A stretch of 64,000 nucleotides of DNA from Malacoraja senta (lineage: Eukaryota), in the NCBI GenBank assembly GCA_038087875.1, contig CM075991.1, forward strand, positions 9,364,001-9,428,000, read 5' to 3'. Shown one piece after another: positions 47,682 to 59,550 of the stretch (its first letter is position 1; every line of letters begins with the position of its first letter). A model generated the notes under the pieces. That model did no database searches. It was not told the DNA's origin and worked only from the letters and a program-made list of their open reading frames with translations. The translations under genes and the position numbers were made by a program.

Positions 47682-49028
47682 CCATAATATCACCCAGTAA
47701 GGTCCTTTGACAGGTGTATAATTTGGGGACAGCTAAACCATCCACAATTATCCCTCCAGAAAATGTTGGTGCCTGGGTCTAAATACACGGTACTTCCAAT
47801 CAGAAAATACATTTTAAGAAGTGCTAGCTTGACATAGTCCCTAATACCAAATATACAGGCATTTTGGGATGTTCATCAGAGATTTTATTATATAAACATC
47901 TATTTGTTATGCCCGCTGAACACTGGGAGCTGCAAGTTATTCTCAAAGATTTGAGTTGGTTGATATCAAATCCACCTTCTGTCACAGTGTTGATTTACGA
48001 CTGGATACCACGGCTTGCTGGCACAGTGGAAAATAAAATAATGCTGTCCATTTATTAAAACAGTCACGCGGGGATTGTGTGCTGTTGCCTGTCACTTAGT
48101 TAAGCTACTCCAACATGTAGAGAGGGGCTTAGCGGGTCACGTATTGAGTACAAACCTCCTGAAGGTTCCCCTGGTTTGTTTTTTATGATTAACTGATAGC
48201 CTCTGCAAAGTGAGCACCCATTCAGATAAATAACGGCCTCATTCATTGGAACTGACAGGCCTGACTGCTGTATGCTTTCAGCTTCCCGGTTAATGGATGT
48301 AAGCAGCAAAATGATTATTTCTGCCAAAGTCAGAGCTTGTCTCCCAACTGAGGTCTGAATTGGGCAGGAAATGAATCATCTTGCCCAGACTTTGATGAGG
48401 TCCAACTTTCAGAGGAGGTTTCCTGTCATCTTGTCCCTAGTGTGTGCATGTACAGGGATCGCTGGTCGGTGCTGACTCGATGGGCCGAAGGGCCTGTTTC
48501 CACGCCGGATCTCTAAAACTAAAATAAAAACGAAAAGACAGGCAGCGTCGCTGGAGAGAAGGAATGGGTGACGTTTCGGGTCAAGACCTCTTCCATCTGA
48601 AGAAGGGTCTCGACATGAAACGTCACCCATTCCTTCTCTCCAGAAATGCTGCCTGTCCCGCTGAGTTACTCCAGCATTTTGTCTCTATACTGGCACAGAA
48701 GACTTGGATTGTGGCTGCAAATCACAGTCAGTACCAGTTACAATAATGTCAAGTAAATTGAACTGAAATCGACAGTGTAATTGAACAGATACTCCAAGCC
48801 CACTTCACAGAACAGACATAATTTGGGCAGCAAATTGATGATTGGACACAAGGCAGAAAATCTACACCAATCTCTATAAATTACTACTTTGCAATGGTTT
48901 GTGAAATAGTCTAGAAACTAACAGAGATTATATCCTGAGACTCAAGTCCAACATTCATTTTTGGCATTGTCACGCCATTTCTCAAATAACTTACGCTTCT
49001 TTCAATTCTTAAAGAATTTAACCTTGTT

Positions 49029-49029
<1 letters not shown>

Positions 49030-49110
<81 letters not shown>

Positions 49111-49314
49111 TGCGTGTGTGTGTGTGTGTGTGTGTGTGTCTGTGTGTGTGTGTGTGTGTGCGTATCGGTGTGCATGTGCGTGTGTGTCTGTGTCAGTCTG
49201 TGCATGCATGTGTGTGTGTGTGTGTGTGAGTGTGTGTGTGTCTGTATCTGTGTGTGTGTGTGTCTGTCTGTCAGTCTGTGCATGCGTGTGTGTGTGTGTG
49301 TGTCAGTCTGTGCA

Positions 49315-49350
<36 letters not shown>

Positions 49351-49452
49351 TGTGTGTGTGTCTGTGTCTGTGTGTGTGTGTGTCTGTCTGTCAGTCTGTG
49401 CATGCGTGTGTATGTGTGTATGTGTGCACGGGTGCATGCATGAGCGCGTGTG
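49030..49452. repeat. (TG)n microsatellite with higher-order degenerate units
   Basis: Pure TG run to about 49108, then recurring TGTCAGTCTGTGCATGC units among TG runs. Confidence 0.95.
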
Positions 49453-49761
49453 TTCGTTTGTGTTGTGCCAGCGTAGGATAAAATACAACGGCTCAGTGTG
49501 GAGGTGCCCGGGCCAAACATCTCACTTGGTCCGCACCAACCATCAACCTCACATTCACACTGATCCTACATTCATCTCATTTTTATAATTTTCTCCACAT
49601 TCTGCAATTTGCCTGCACACCCGGACCAACTAACAATGGCAAGGTAACCTGCTATCCCACATGTCTTTTGTACGTGGTGGGAATCCAGTACATCTGGAGG
49701 AAACCCACATGAACACAAGTAGGACATGGAAACTCCACACAGACAGCACCCGCAATACTTT

Positions 49762-50058
49762 AGGGCGACTCGGTGGCGAAGGGGTAGAGTTGCTGCCTTA
49801 CAGCGCTTACAGTGCCAGAGGCCCGGGTTCGATCCTGGCTACGGGCGCTGTCTGTACGGAGTTTGAGCGCTCTCCCCGTGACCTGCGTGGGTTTCCTCCG
49901 AGAACTTTGGTTTCCTCCCACACGCCAATGATGTACAGGTTTGTGGGTCAATTCGCTTGGTGTAAATGTAAATACTGTCCCTGATGTTGAGGTGTGGGGA
50001 GTGCTAGTAGATGCAGATTGGTGGGCCAAAGGGCCTGTTTCCCTGCTATATATCTAAA
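49762..50058 (+). mobile_element. HE1-like V-SINE
   Basis: tRNA-like head with GGTTCGATCC, core, tail GGGCCAAAGGGCCTGTTTCC. Confidence 0.82.
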
Positions 50059-52858
50059 ATATTACTTCTTCAGGAAATATGGTTGTCTCTCCCCCTCCAA
50101 GTGATTTCAGGTGTTCAATGACATTTATACCCATGCTAAAACATTGTTCTTGCCTCCCCAAGTTATAAAGGGCTGCAAGTAATGGTTTTATCACAGTGAC
50201 CTCTGCATCAATTCCTTTTCATCCTGCACAAACCTGAATATGTTTCAATAATAAGTTCACCTTGAACAGATATTCCTCGCCTTACAAAGGCTCCATTTAC
50301 AGACAATTGCTATAACATGCTAAGCAAGGTGTCGCTGATTTACAAACAGTAGATATTTCTCCCTATAATCAATGGCACATCATTCCCTGCCCAGAATATA
50401 ACACAATATGTACAAGAAGCAACAAGACACTTTGCTTGGCCTTCACATTATACAAGGTTTTACTTCATGGAACTTTTTATCTGAATTTAATATTGAAATA
50501 TATTCAGGTTTGTTCATGATGAAAAGGGACAGGTGCAAAGGTCACTGTGATAAAATTATTACTTGTAACTATAAGATGGGTGCAAGAAAATTGGTTTGGA
50601 TAGAAATTTCATATTACAGCTGAAAAGACTTGCGTTTTACAGCACATAACACTGTTTTTCATCACAGTGGGTGGTGGGTGGGTGCATGGAACAAGCTGTC
50701 AGAGGAGGTAGTTGAGGCTGGGACTATCCCAACGTTTATGAAACAGCTAGACGGGTACACGGATAGGACAGGTTTGGAGGGATATGGACCAAAAGCAGGC
50801 AGATGGGACTAGTGTAACTGGGACATTGTTGGCCGACTTGTAAGTTGGGCCGAAGGGCCTATTTCCACACGGTATCACACTATGGCTCTATGACCTTCAT
50901 AGCCAGCTTAACTTTGAAGAGGAGTCACCACTACAATAGTGACTATCGCAATGTTTTAGAAACATTTAGACAGCTACGTGGATAGAGGGATATGGGCCAA
51001 ATGCAGGCAGGTGGGACTAGTGTAGATGGGGCATGTTGGTTGCTGGTGTGGGCAAGTTGGGCTGAAGGACCTGTTTCCATGCTGTATGACTCTATGGCTA
51101 AATGACCGACAGAGGAACATGGCTGATCTCTTGTGTTACTGATCCCCACATCCTCTGGTCCCCTTTATCAGTCGACACCTGCCTTCCTTCCCTCTCTTTA
51201 TACGAGACGTTGCCACCTCTGACTGCACTCAGCGGAAGTGCCTCGTAAAAATCATCCTTCATGTCAAGAGGTACAAAATGTTTAAATTGGTCGCTTGTTT
51301 CCACACAGGAATATGCTGCTGAACATTTACTTTTCCTGTACCGAGAAATATAACATTAATGAGACGGAATTCAGTAAACAGAGAATGAAAGGATCTTGCA
51401 TTTCTATGGGGCTATTTACAACCTCAGAATGCCCTAAGCGTTTCACTGACATGGCAACATGTTCAGCCAGACAAGTCTTCTGTTTCAAATCACCAGCCTA
51501 AACAGCTCCATTTATATTTTTCCAAATGCAACATTTTGCAGATGCTCCAAATCAGAAAACAAAAGCAGAAAATGCTGGAAACAGTCAGTAGTTCTGGCCG
51601 CGCCAGTGGTGAGAGAGGAAAAAAAAGATAATGTTTCGGATGTTTAAAAAAGGACAAAAGTGCTGGAGTAACTTAGTCTGAAGAAGGGTCCCGGTCCAAA
51701 ATGTCATCTATCCATGTTCTCCAGAGATGCTGCCTGACCTGCTGAGTTACTCCAGCACTTTGTGTGCTTTTTTGTAAACTAGCATCGGCAGTTCCTTGCT
51801 TCTGCATCTGAAGTTTCTGATTGAGTTTAGTTTAGAAATTCCGCATGGACAAATGCGGCACTTTTATTGTTTGTTTCCTTGAAAGCAAATGTATTGTTTA
51901 TTGTATGGTTGGAAGCAAAGCAAGAATGTCATTGTCCTATCTGGGACACTTGACAACAAACTCTCTTGAATCTTGAATCTTCAATATACAATCCTGTTTC
52001 CTCATTGTATCTCTAAAAAGTCTAAAGTCCAAACTTAAGCCCACTCCGATGCTTCATATTTTAATGCGTTGACCAACATTTCCTTCACAACCTTCTAAAA
52101 CTAACCGAGAAACAAAACTCTGCTCGATTCACCCTGATTGATTGGCCTATGTTCTGTTTCACCAGAGAACCTGCAGCCCGATCAATATCATTATTAGATC
52201 TACCCACTTGATCAGTTCAATTGTCATCTGAATGTCTCCCCAAATTCAATGCTCAAAAACCCTGGGCTCACTCTAATCTCTGCTGCTTCTGTCCTAAGAT
52301 GCACTGAGACCTGTTTGCCCCCTCTTGCCCTTGTTCCCAACTTGGCTACACCTCAGCGTCAATATTCTCAACCTTAATCTGAGCTCTTTTCCCTGAGGAA
52401 TTGTAGGTGGAAATGGGTGAGTCCGGATGGGGCACAGTGGAAGTGGAGGGGGGAGTGAAGGAAGGAAGGAAGGTTTTTTTGTAAGTCAGTTTAGTTTAGT
52501 TTAGTATAGAGATACAGGGTAGAAACAGGCCCTTCGGCCCAACGTGTCCACGCCAACCAACAACCAGCCATGCATTAGTTCTATCCTACACACTAGGGAC
52601 AATTTACAGAAGCCAATTAGCCTACAAACCCACATGTCTTTGGAAGACCGTTAGCTTTGTGTTCAGATAAAGTGTCTGAAGTGAATGCTCAGGGATATTT
52701 CCAATAGCAAGCCCTTGCTCAGAGATGCTAGACCTGCAATGAGCTGAAAATATCATGACTCCAATACGCTGTGCATCATATTGGCTGTGCGGGGGAATGA
52801 AACATCTTCAGTTGCACATGGCTGATATGGCTTGTTGGCAACTATGTGATTCACCTCT

Positions 52859-54170
52859 GGGAGTGGGGGAGAGGGGGGGGAGAGGGAGGGAAGGTGAGAG
52901 AGGAAAGAGAGGGGGAGAGAGATGGGGGAGAGGGAAGGCGAGATAGGGGGAGAGGAGGTAGAGGGAATGGAGAGGGCGGAGAGTAGGGGGGAGAGGAGGG
53001 TGAAAGGGAGGGGGGGGAGAGAGAGGGGAAAGGTAAGGAGGGAGTATAGGGGAAGAGGGAGAGAGGGATGGGGAGAGAGAGAGGGGTGGAGATGGAGGTA
53101 GACGGGCTGGAGGGAGAGGAGGTGGAGAGGGAGAGGGAGAGGGAGAGGGAGAGGGAGAGGGAGAGGGGGAGGGAGAGGGAGAGGGAGAGGGAGAGGGAGA
53201 GGGAGAGGGAGAGGGAGAGGGAGAGGGAAAGGGAGAGGGAGGGAGAGGGAGAGGGAGAGGGAGAGGGAGAGGGAGAGGGAGAGGGAGAGGGAGAGGGAGA
53301 GGGAGAGGGAGAGGGAGAGGGAGAGGGAGAGGGAGAGGAAGGGGGAGAGGGAGAGGAAGGGGGAGAGGGAGAGGGAGAGGGAGAGGGAGAGAGGGAGAGG
53401 GAGAGGGAGAGGGAGAGGAGAGGGAGAGGGAGAGGGAGAGGGGAGAGGGAGGGGGAGAGGGAGAGGGAGAGGGAGAGGGAGAGGGAGAGGGAGAGGGAGA
53501 GGGAGAGGGAGAGGGAGAGGGAGAGGGAGAGGGAGGGAGAGGGAGAGGGAGAGGGAGAGGGAGAGGGAGAGGGAGAGGGAGAGGGAGAGGGAGGGAGAGG
53601 GAGAGGGAGAGGGAGAGGGAGAGGGAGAGGGAGAGGGAGAGGAAGGGGGAGAGGGAGAGGAAGGGGGAGAGGGAGAGGGAGAGGGAGAGGGGGAGGGAGA
53701 GGGAGAGGGAGAGGGAGAGGGAGAGGGAGAGGGAAGGTGGAGAGGGAGGGGAGAGGGAGAGGGAGAGAGGGAGAGGGAGAGGGAGAGGGAGAGGGAGAGG
53801 GAGAGAGGGAGAGGGAGAGGGAGAGGGAGAGGGAGAGGGAGAGGGAGAGGGAGAGGGAGAGGGAGAGGGAGAGGGGAGAGGGGAGAGGGAGAGGGAGAGG
53901 GAGAGGGAGAGGGAGAGAGAGGGAGAGGGAGAGGAAGAGAGGGAGAGGGAGAGGGAGAGGGAGAGGGAGAGGGAGAGAGGGAGAGAGGGAGAGGGAGAGG
54001 GAGAGGGAGAGGGAGAGGGAGAGAGGGAGAGGGAGAGGGAGAGGGAGAGGGAGAGGGAGAGGGAGAGGGAGGGGGAGGGGGAGAGGGAGAGGGAGAGGGA
54101 GAGGGAGAGGGAGAGGGAGAGGGAGAGGGAGAGGGAGAGGGAGAGGGAGAGGGAGAGGAAAAAGGGAGAA
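52859..54170. repeat. About 1.3-kb polypurine (GGGAGA)n tract
   Basis: Direct reading: near-pure GAGAGG hexamer array from about 53120 to 54158. Confidence 0.97.
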
Positions 54171-54691
54171 GTTAAAAGGATCTGAGTGAACGAACATCAG
54201 AGATAATGATGGAAAGGATGCACAGCGTATGGGAGATAGAGATTGTACATCTAATACAATTGGAAATAGATTGTGTATGCATTGGAATCTAGTCAGTGGG
54301 ACATGGATGGAGAGAGGAAGAAGGCGGCTTGAGACAGATAAATGGAGAGGTTATAGTGAAGGGAAGTAGGGTGTGATCTCAGGGAACGAGATGGTGATTG
54401 GAAAAGGGATTGGGGCCTACAGTATTTGGATTGGAAAGAGGTTTGTTCTCACTTATTTGATGAGCCCAATTCGTTTTAGTTCACAACACCCAGTAAAAAA
54501 ATAATTAAGTAGGTCCCTTCTCCATCTCATTAACTGCCTGAAAATCTACCACATAAGTTAATTTGAGGTCCCTCCATTCTTACTGACAAATACTCAATCA
54601 GTTTCTCTTTAAACAAATAAGATGACTACCTCTTCTATGCCGTTGTGACTTGAGAAAGCGGTTAATTAAAGGGTGGGAAAGGATATTAGCT

Positions 54692-55007
54692 TTAGTTTAG
54701 TTTAGTTTAGAGATACAGCACGGAAACAGGCCCTTCGGCCCACCGAGTCCGCACTGACCAGCGATCCCCGCACATTAACACTATCCTACACCCGCTAGGG
54801 ACAATTTACATTTATACTAAGCCAACTAACCTACAAGCCTGTACGTCTTTGGAGCGTGGGAGGGGGCTGTAGATCTCGGAGAAAGCCTACGCAGGTCACG
54901 GGGAGAGCGTACAAACTCCGTACAGACAAGCACCCGTGGTCAGGATCGAACCCGGGTCTCTTGGCACTGGAAGGCTGCAGCTCTACCGCTGCGCCATCGT
55001 GCCGCCC
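54692..55007 (-). mobile_element. HE1-like V-SINE, full length
   Basis: Minus strand GGGCGGCACGATGGCGCAGCGG head, B box, core, (TAAAC)n tail. Confidence 0.88.
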
Positions 55008-55849
55008 AACTGGAAAGATGGGACCACGGTTTGAACGTTTGGCTCCAAGGCGGTGCGTCTGACGAGACACCGCTCCCGGACCCAGTGGTCCATTGAAGTC
55101 AGTCACGTCACCGGCCCCTGCCACGGATCCTGTCCTTCAACCCGCGACCTTCTGAGTCAGAATGCCACAAACCGAGCTCAATTGACACTTACATTCCACA
55201 GGATACAAATTAAAACTGTGGGAAATTGTGGGGGAAATAATAAGAGCAGGTTTTTATCATGCAACGTGTAGTGCATTTGCTAAATGCATCAGAATCTCAT
55301 GCTGCTGTAAGTGGCTGTGATTGATTTTGCCGTCTGTAACTAACCTCCACTCTGTAATTTGCATGGTGGGTCACCCTGTTTTTATTAGCAGGTGATGCAG
55401 TTTCAGTCAAGAATTCCTTGCGTAGATTGTCTGCATATTATTTTTTAAATAGGCGTCTGAACATCTGTGTAGACACGAGGAAATGCAGCTGCTGGTTTGC
55501 AATGAAAAAAGACACAAAGTGCTGGTGTAACTCAGCAGGTCAGGCAGCATCTCTGGAGAACACAGATGGCTGATAACCATATAACCATATAACCATTACA
55601 GCACGGAAACATGCCATCTCGGCCCTTCAAGTCCGTGCCGAACATTTTTTTTTTTTTTTTTTTTAAATAAATAAATACTTCCCCCTAGTCCCATCTACCT
55701 GCACTCAGACCATAACCCTCCATTCCTTTCCTGTCCATATACCCATCCAATCTATTTTTAAAGGATAAAATCGAACCAGCCACCACCACTTCCACTGGAA
55801 GTGGTGATGTCTTGGGTCAGGTCCCTTCTACAGACTTCAGAACATCTGA

Positions 55850-56027
55850 AGGGCCTGTCCCACTTGGCGATATTTTCGGCGACTGCCGGCATAATTGACT
55901 GGCGTATCAGGTCACCGAAAAATTTGCGGCCTGATGCGGCGTGACGTGGCGTGATGACGTATGACGCGCGGTGTTTTTTCAAGTGTCGCAATATTTTTTT
56001 TTTTGCCGTTGGAGTGGGACAGGCCCT
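55850..56027. mobile_element. PIF/Harbinger-type MITE
   Basis: Perfect 15-bp TIR AGGGCCTGTCCCACT / AGTGGGACAGGCCCT; 3-bp TSD TGA at 55847-55849 and 56028-56030. Confidence 0.85.
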
Positions 56028-56562
56028 TGAGTTAGGAGCAGGATTGGGCCACATGGCCCCTTGAGCCTGTTCCACCGTTAATGAAGGTCATGAGTGATTA
56101 CTGTCCCCCCCCCCCCATGTAACCTAGATTGCCACGGTGGCGCAGCGGTAGAGTTACTGCCTTACAGCGCCAGAGACCCAGGTGCAGACGGTGGGCCAAT
56201 GCTTTCAATGGTTCTATGGTGCTTAATTGTCATGTGTGTGAAATGCAGATGCACAATGAAGTTCTTTTTTATAAACAGTCCAGTATTGCCATACCATCGC
56301 CAACTGTACAGAAATAGTCCACTGACCCCGCATGCAAGAGGCGCCATGTTTTGGCGCCATTTTCTGGTCCAAGCTAATTCCAAGCTCAGTCCACCCTCCA
56401 GTTGTTACGAGCGGTGCCCGATCCAGGCAAGCCCCAGGCTGCTGCGGGCCTACAGCCGTCACCTTCCTTGGTCCAAACCTTCTCCGTTACCTCCAGCAGC
56501 CACATTGGTGTTGCTTCCTGCACCCATGAGGAACACATCCATTTTATCACCATTAAAACATG

Positions 56563-56859
56563 GCGGCACAGTGACGCAGCGGTAGAGTTGCTGCCTTACA
56601 GCGCTTGCAGCGCCAGAGACCCGGGTTCGATCCCGACTACAGGTGCTGACTGTACGGAGTTTGTACGTTCTCCCCTTGACCTGCGTGGGCTTTCTCCGAG
56701 ATCTTTGCACTCCAAAGACGTGCGGGTATGTAGGTAAATTGACTTGGTAACTGTAAAAATTGTCCCTAGTGTGTGTAGGATAGTGTTACTGTGTGGGGAT
56801 CGCTGGTCAGCGAGGACCCGGTGGGCCGAAGGGCCTGTTTCCGCTCTGTATCTCTAAAC
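56563..56859 (+). mobile_element. HE1-like V-SINE, full length
   Basis: A/B boxes, core, CR1-type tail. Confidence 0.88.
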
Positions 56860-57752
56860 CAAACGATTTCATCTTTTACCCCACTCACTGGTGCCCTAAG
56901 CTGGCACTGCTTCAGATACTCCAGGGGCAAGAAATCTGAAAGAGGGGACAGTCACAGCGCGATCTCAAACCCCTGCCTAATGATATGTGAAGGCGCCGTT
57001 TAGGCAACATAATTCCTATGCAATTTTTTTTTAAAGTTTTAATTAAAACTTCAACCCAAGATAACATATTTGGTTGTCAATTCTAAAAAATGTATCCCCG
57101 GACGTTGCCTGCATTAACATTTCCACCATGTATACAGAGACTTGCTGGATGAACTATGCAGGCTGTTGTTACTGTGGCCCCAGTTAATTAATTAAAAGCA
57201 TGAAAGCCCATAGTAGTATTGATTAATTGCCTGAAAGGGTTTTGGGGATTAATTTTAAAATACATTGCCTAATGAAAATTAATCTTATTCCTGATCTCGC
57301 TTAATGCACTGCTTTTTTGTATTAAAATACAAAATTAGTAACACTTCTTCAATCTGTTATTAAATGCGCTGCCCAACTATTACTGTGATGTATCCAGAAT
57401 TAGCCCAGATTACACTCTATAATGTTACAGATGTTAGCATTAGCTTTTCAGAGTTTACAGTCACTGGGAAACTGATTGAAGAAATTACAATAGCATAGGA
57501 GAATGTCGATTAGCTCAGGTATTGCATTGTATCAGTTGCTCTTGGTTTAATCAGTAAAGTTAAAGACAGAATATAGAACAGTAGAGCATAAAAACAGGCC
57601 CTTCGGCCCACACCTAATCATTTCCCCTCTCACCTAAAAGCTAGTCTATCCACTATTTGATTTTTTTTCATTCTAGGAAAAAAGATTCTGACTGCCTACC
57701 CTATCTGTGTTTCTCATAAGAGGTTTAATTTATCCTTCCCCAAAGAAATGGT

Positions 57753-58046
57753 GGGCGGCACAGTGGCGCAGCGATAGAGTTGCTGCCTTACAGCGCCAGA
57801 GACCCGGTTCGACTCTTACTACAGGGCTGTCTGTACGGAGTTTGTACGTCCTCCCCCTAACCTCCGTGGGTTTCCTCCCACGCTCCAAGACATAAAGGTT
57901 TTGTAGGATAATCGGCTCGGTATAAATGTAAATTATCCCTAGTGTGTGTAGGATAGTGTTAGTGTGCGGGGATCGCTGGTCGGCACGGACTCGGTGGGCC
58001 GAAGGGCCTGTTTCCGCCCTGCATCTCTGAGCTAAACTAAATTAAA
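57753..58046 (+). mobile_element. HE1-like V-SINE, full length
   Basis: GGGCGGCACAGTGGCGCAGCG head, core, tail. Confidence 0.86.
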
Positions 58047-58394
58047 TCAGGTTTCATCTCACCAGGTTTCTCCACCATGTTCCTTGGGAAGAGAAGGTCA
58101 TAATAAATCTACTCACCGCAGAACAATAGCGATTAGCAAGTGTACGGAATTAGTCCACTGGTCCTGCATGCAAGAGGCGCCATGTTTTAGCACCATCATA
58201 GAAAATAGAAAGAAAAATAGAAAGCAGAGAAAAGCTTGAAAGACTGCAGTGGAACAAAATGGAAGCAATTTAAGCTAATAATGGGTTCTAGAAATAATTG
58301 GGTGTCTTTTACAATAAAGAGCCATTATGGGATACTATGAAATGATAGCCTCAATCTGTCAAAATACAGTAGATAGTGCTTGTTACTTCAAATG

Positions 58395-58707
58395 TTTAGT
58401 TTAGTTTAGTGATACAGGGCAGAAACAGGCCCTTTGGCCCACCGAGTCCGTGGCAACCAGCGATCCTTACACACTAACACTATCCAACACACACTAGGGG
58501 CAATTTACAATTTTGCCAAAGCCAATTAACCTGTAAACCCAAACATCTTTGGAGAGTGGGAGGAAACCCGAGCACCTGGAGAAAACCCACGCAGGTCAAG
58601 GGGGAGAATGTGCACACTCCTTACAGAGTGCACACTTAGTCAGGATCAAACCCGGGTCTCTGGCTCTGTGAGGCAGCAACACCACCGCTGCACCACCGTG
58701 CCGCCCT
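58395..58707 (-). mobile_element. HE1-like V-SINE, full length
   Basis: Minus strand GGGCGGCACGGTGGTGCAGCGG head, core, (TAAAC)n tail. Confidence 0.86.
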
Positions 58708-58820
58708 AAAGTTTGAACTTAAGTATGAATGTACCTATGTATCGTAAGACATTTACTGACCAATATGCAAAAAAAGAATTTCACTGTACCTCGGTACGTG
58801 ACTATAAAGTACCTTGGAAC

Positions 58821-59550
58821 CAGGCATGGAACTCTCTATCAAAATATGGAGGGGACCGGGGGACAGGGGGGACACCATTTTTTGGCGGCCGCGCGCGCAT
58901 GCACACACTCACACACACGCGCGCGAGGCTTCGGAGGCTCAATCCAGCGCTAAATGCAGCTCAACTCTGCCTGTCTCGCCGGGTTAACTACAGCCCTGAC
59001 TGGACTGACGGGACACCAGCGCTGCTTCTCCGCGCTGGCCATATTTCCCGCAAGCCCAGGCAGGTTAACCTGGCTGGACAGGCAGAGTTGAGCTGGGTTT
59101 AGTGCTGCTTCTCTGCGCTGGCTGTGGGCCTGGGGGCACAGCTCGCGTCTGACTCCTGACATCTCTGGCCACCCGTGGGTAGGGGGCACTCGGGTGGGGA
59201 CGGGACAGCGCCGGAGACCCGGCCGGGATCGATCCTGGCTGCGGATGAGGCGCAGGTCTGTGCCACGTCTCCTTCCTCCAATCACCGCACTCTATCCTCA
59301 GTCCCACCCCCCCCCACACCTCCCTCCTCCAATCATCGCGCTGAATCATCATGTCCCGCCCCCATTGCCTGCTGACCGACGTCTCTCTCGTTAAATCGGC
59401 GCCCTCGATCAGCAGTCCTACCTCCACTGTCTCGCGGAGAGCGGAGATTTTAAAATCCGGATGACAAAAACTTGGGGGGGATGTCCCCCACCTCTCAAAA
59501 CATGGGGGGGGGACGTGTCCCCTCTGGCCCCCCCGGGTTTTCCGCCCCTG
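58821..59550. mobile_element. hAT-type non-autonomous DNA transposon
   Basis: Perfect 8-bp TSD CTTGGAAC at 58813-58820 and 59551-59558. Imperfect 11-bp TIR CAGGCATGGAA / TTCCGCCCCTG. Subterminal GGGGGACA motifs, CpG-rich interior. Confidence 0.8.

Noticed and set aside
48961..49588. Cys/Val and His/Thr-rich ORFs
   Set aside because: Translations of the (TG)n microsatellite.
51098..51304. 68-aa minus-strand ORF (DQFKHFVPLDMKDDFYEALPL...)
   Set aside because: Short, no convincing splice signals, no recognised family.
52851..54197. 448-aa and 373-aa ORFs (LPLPLP / ERERGRGR)
   Set aside because: Translations of the (GGGAGA)n microsatellite; stop-free only because of the repeat unit.
56563..56640. 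tRNA-like sequences with A and B boxes (here and at about 30 other sites)
   Set aside because: Each continues into the SINE core and LINE-type tail, with no clean cloverleaf ending in a terminator; these are SINE heads, not tRNA genes.
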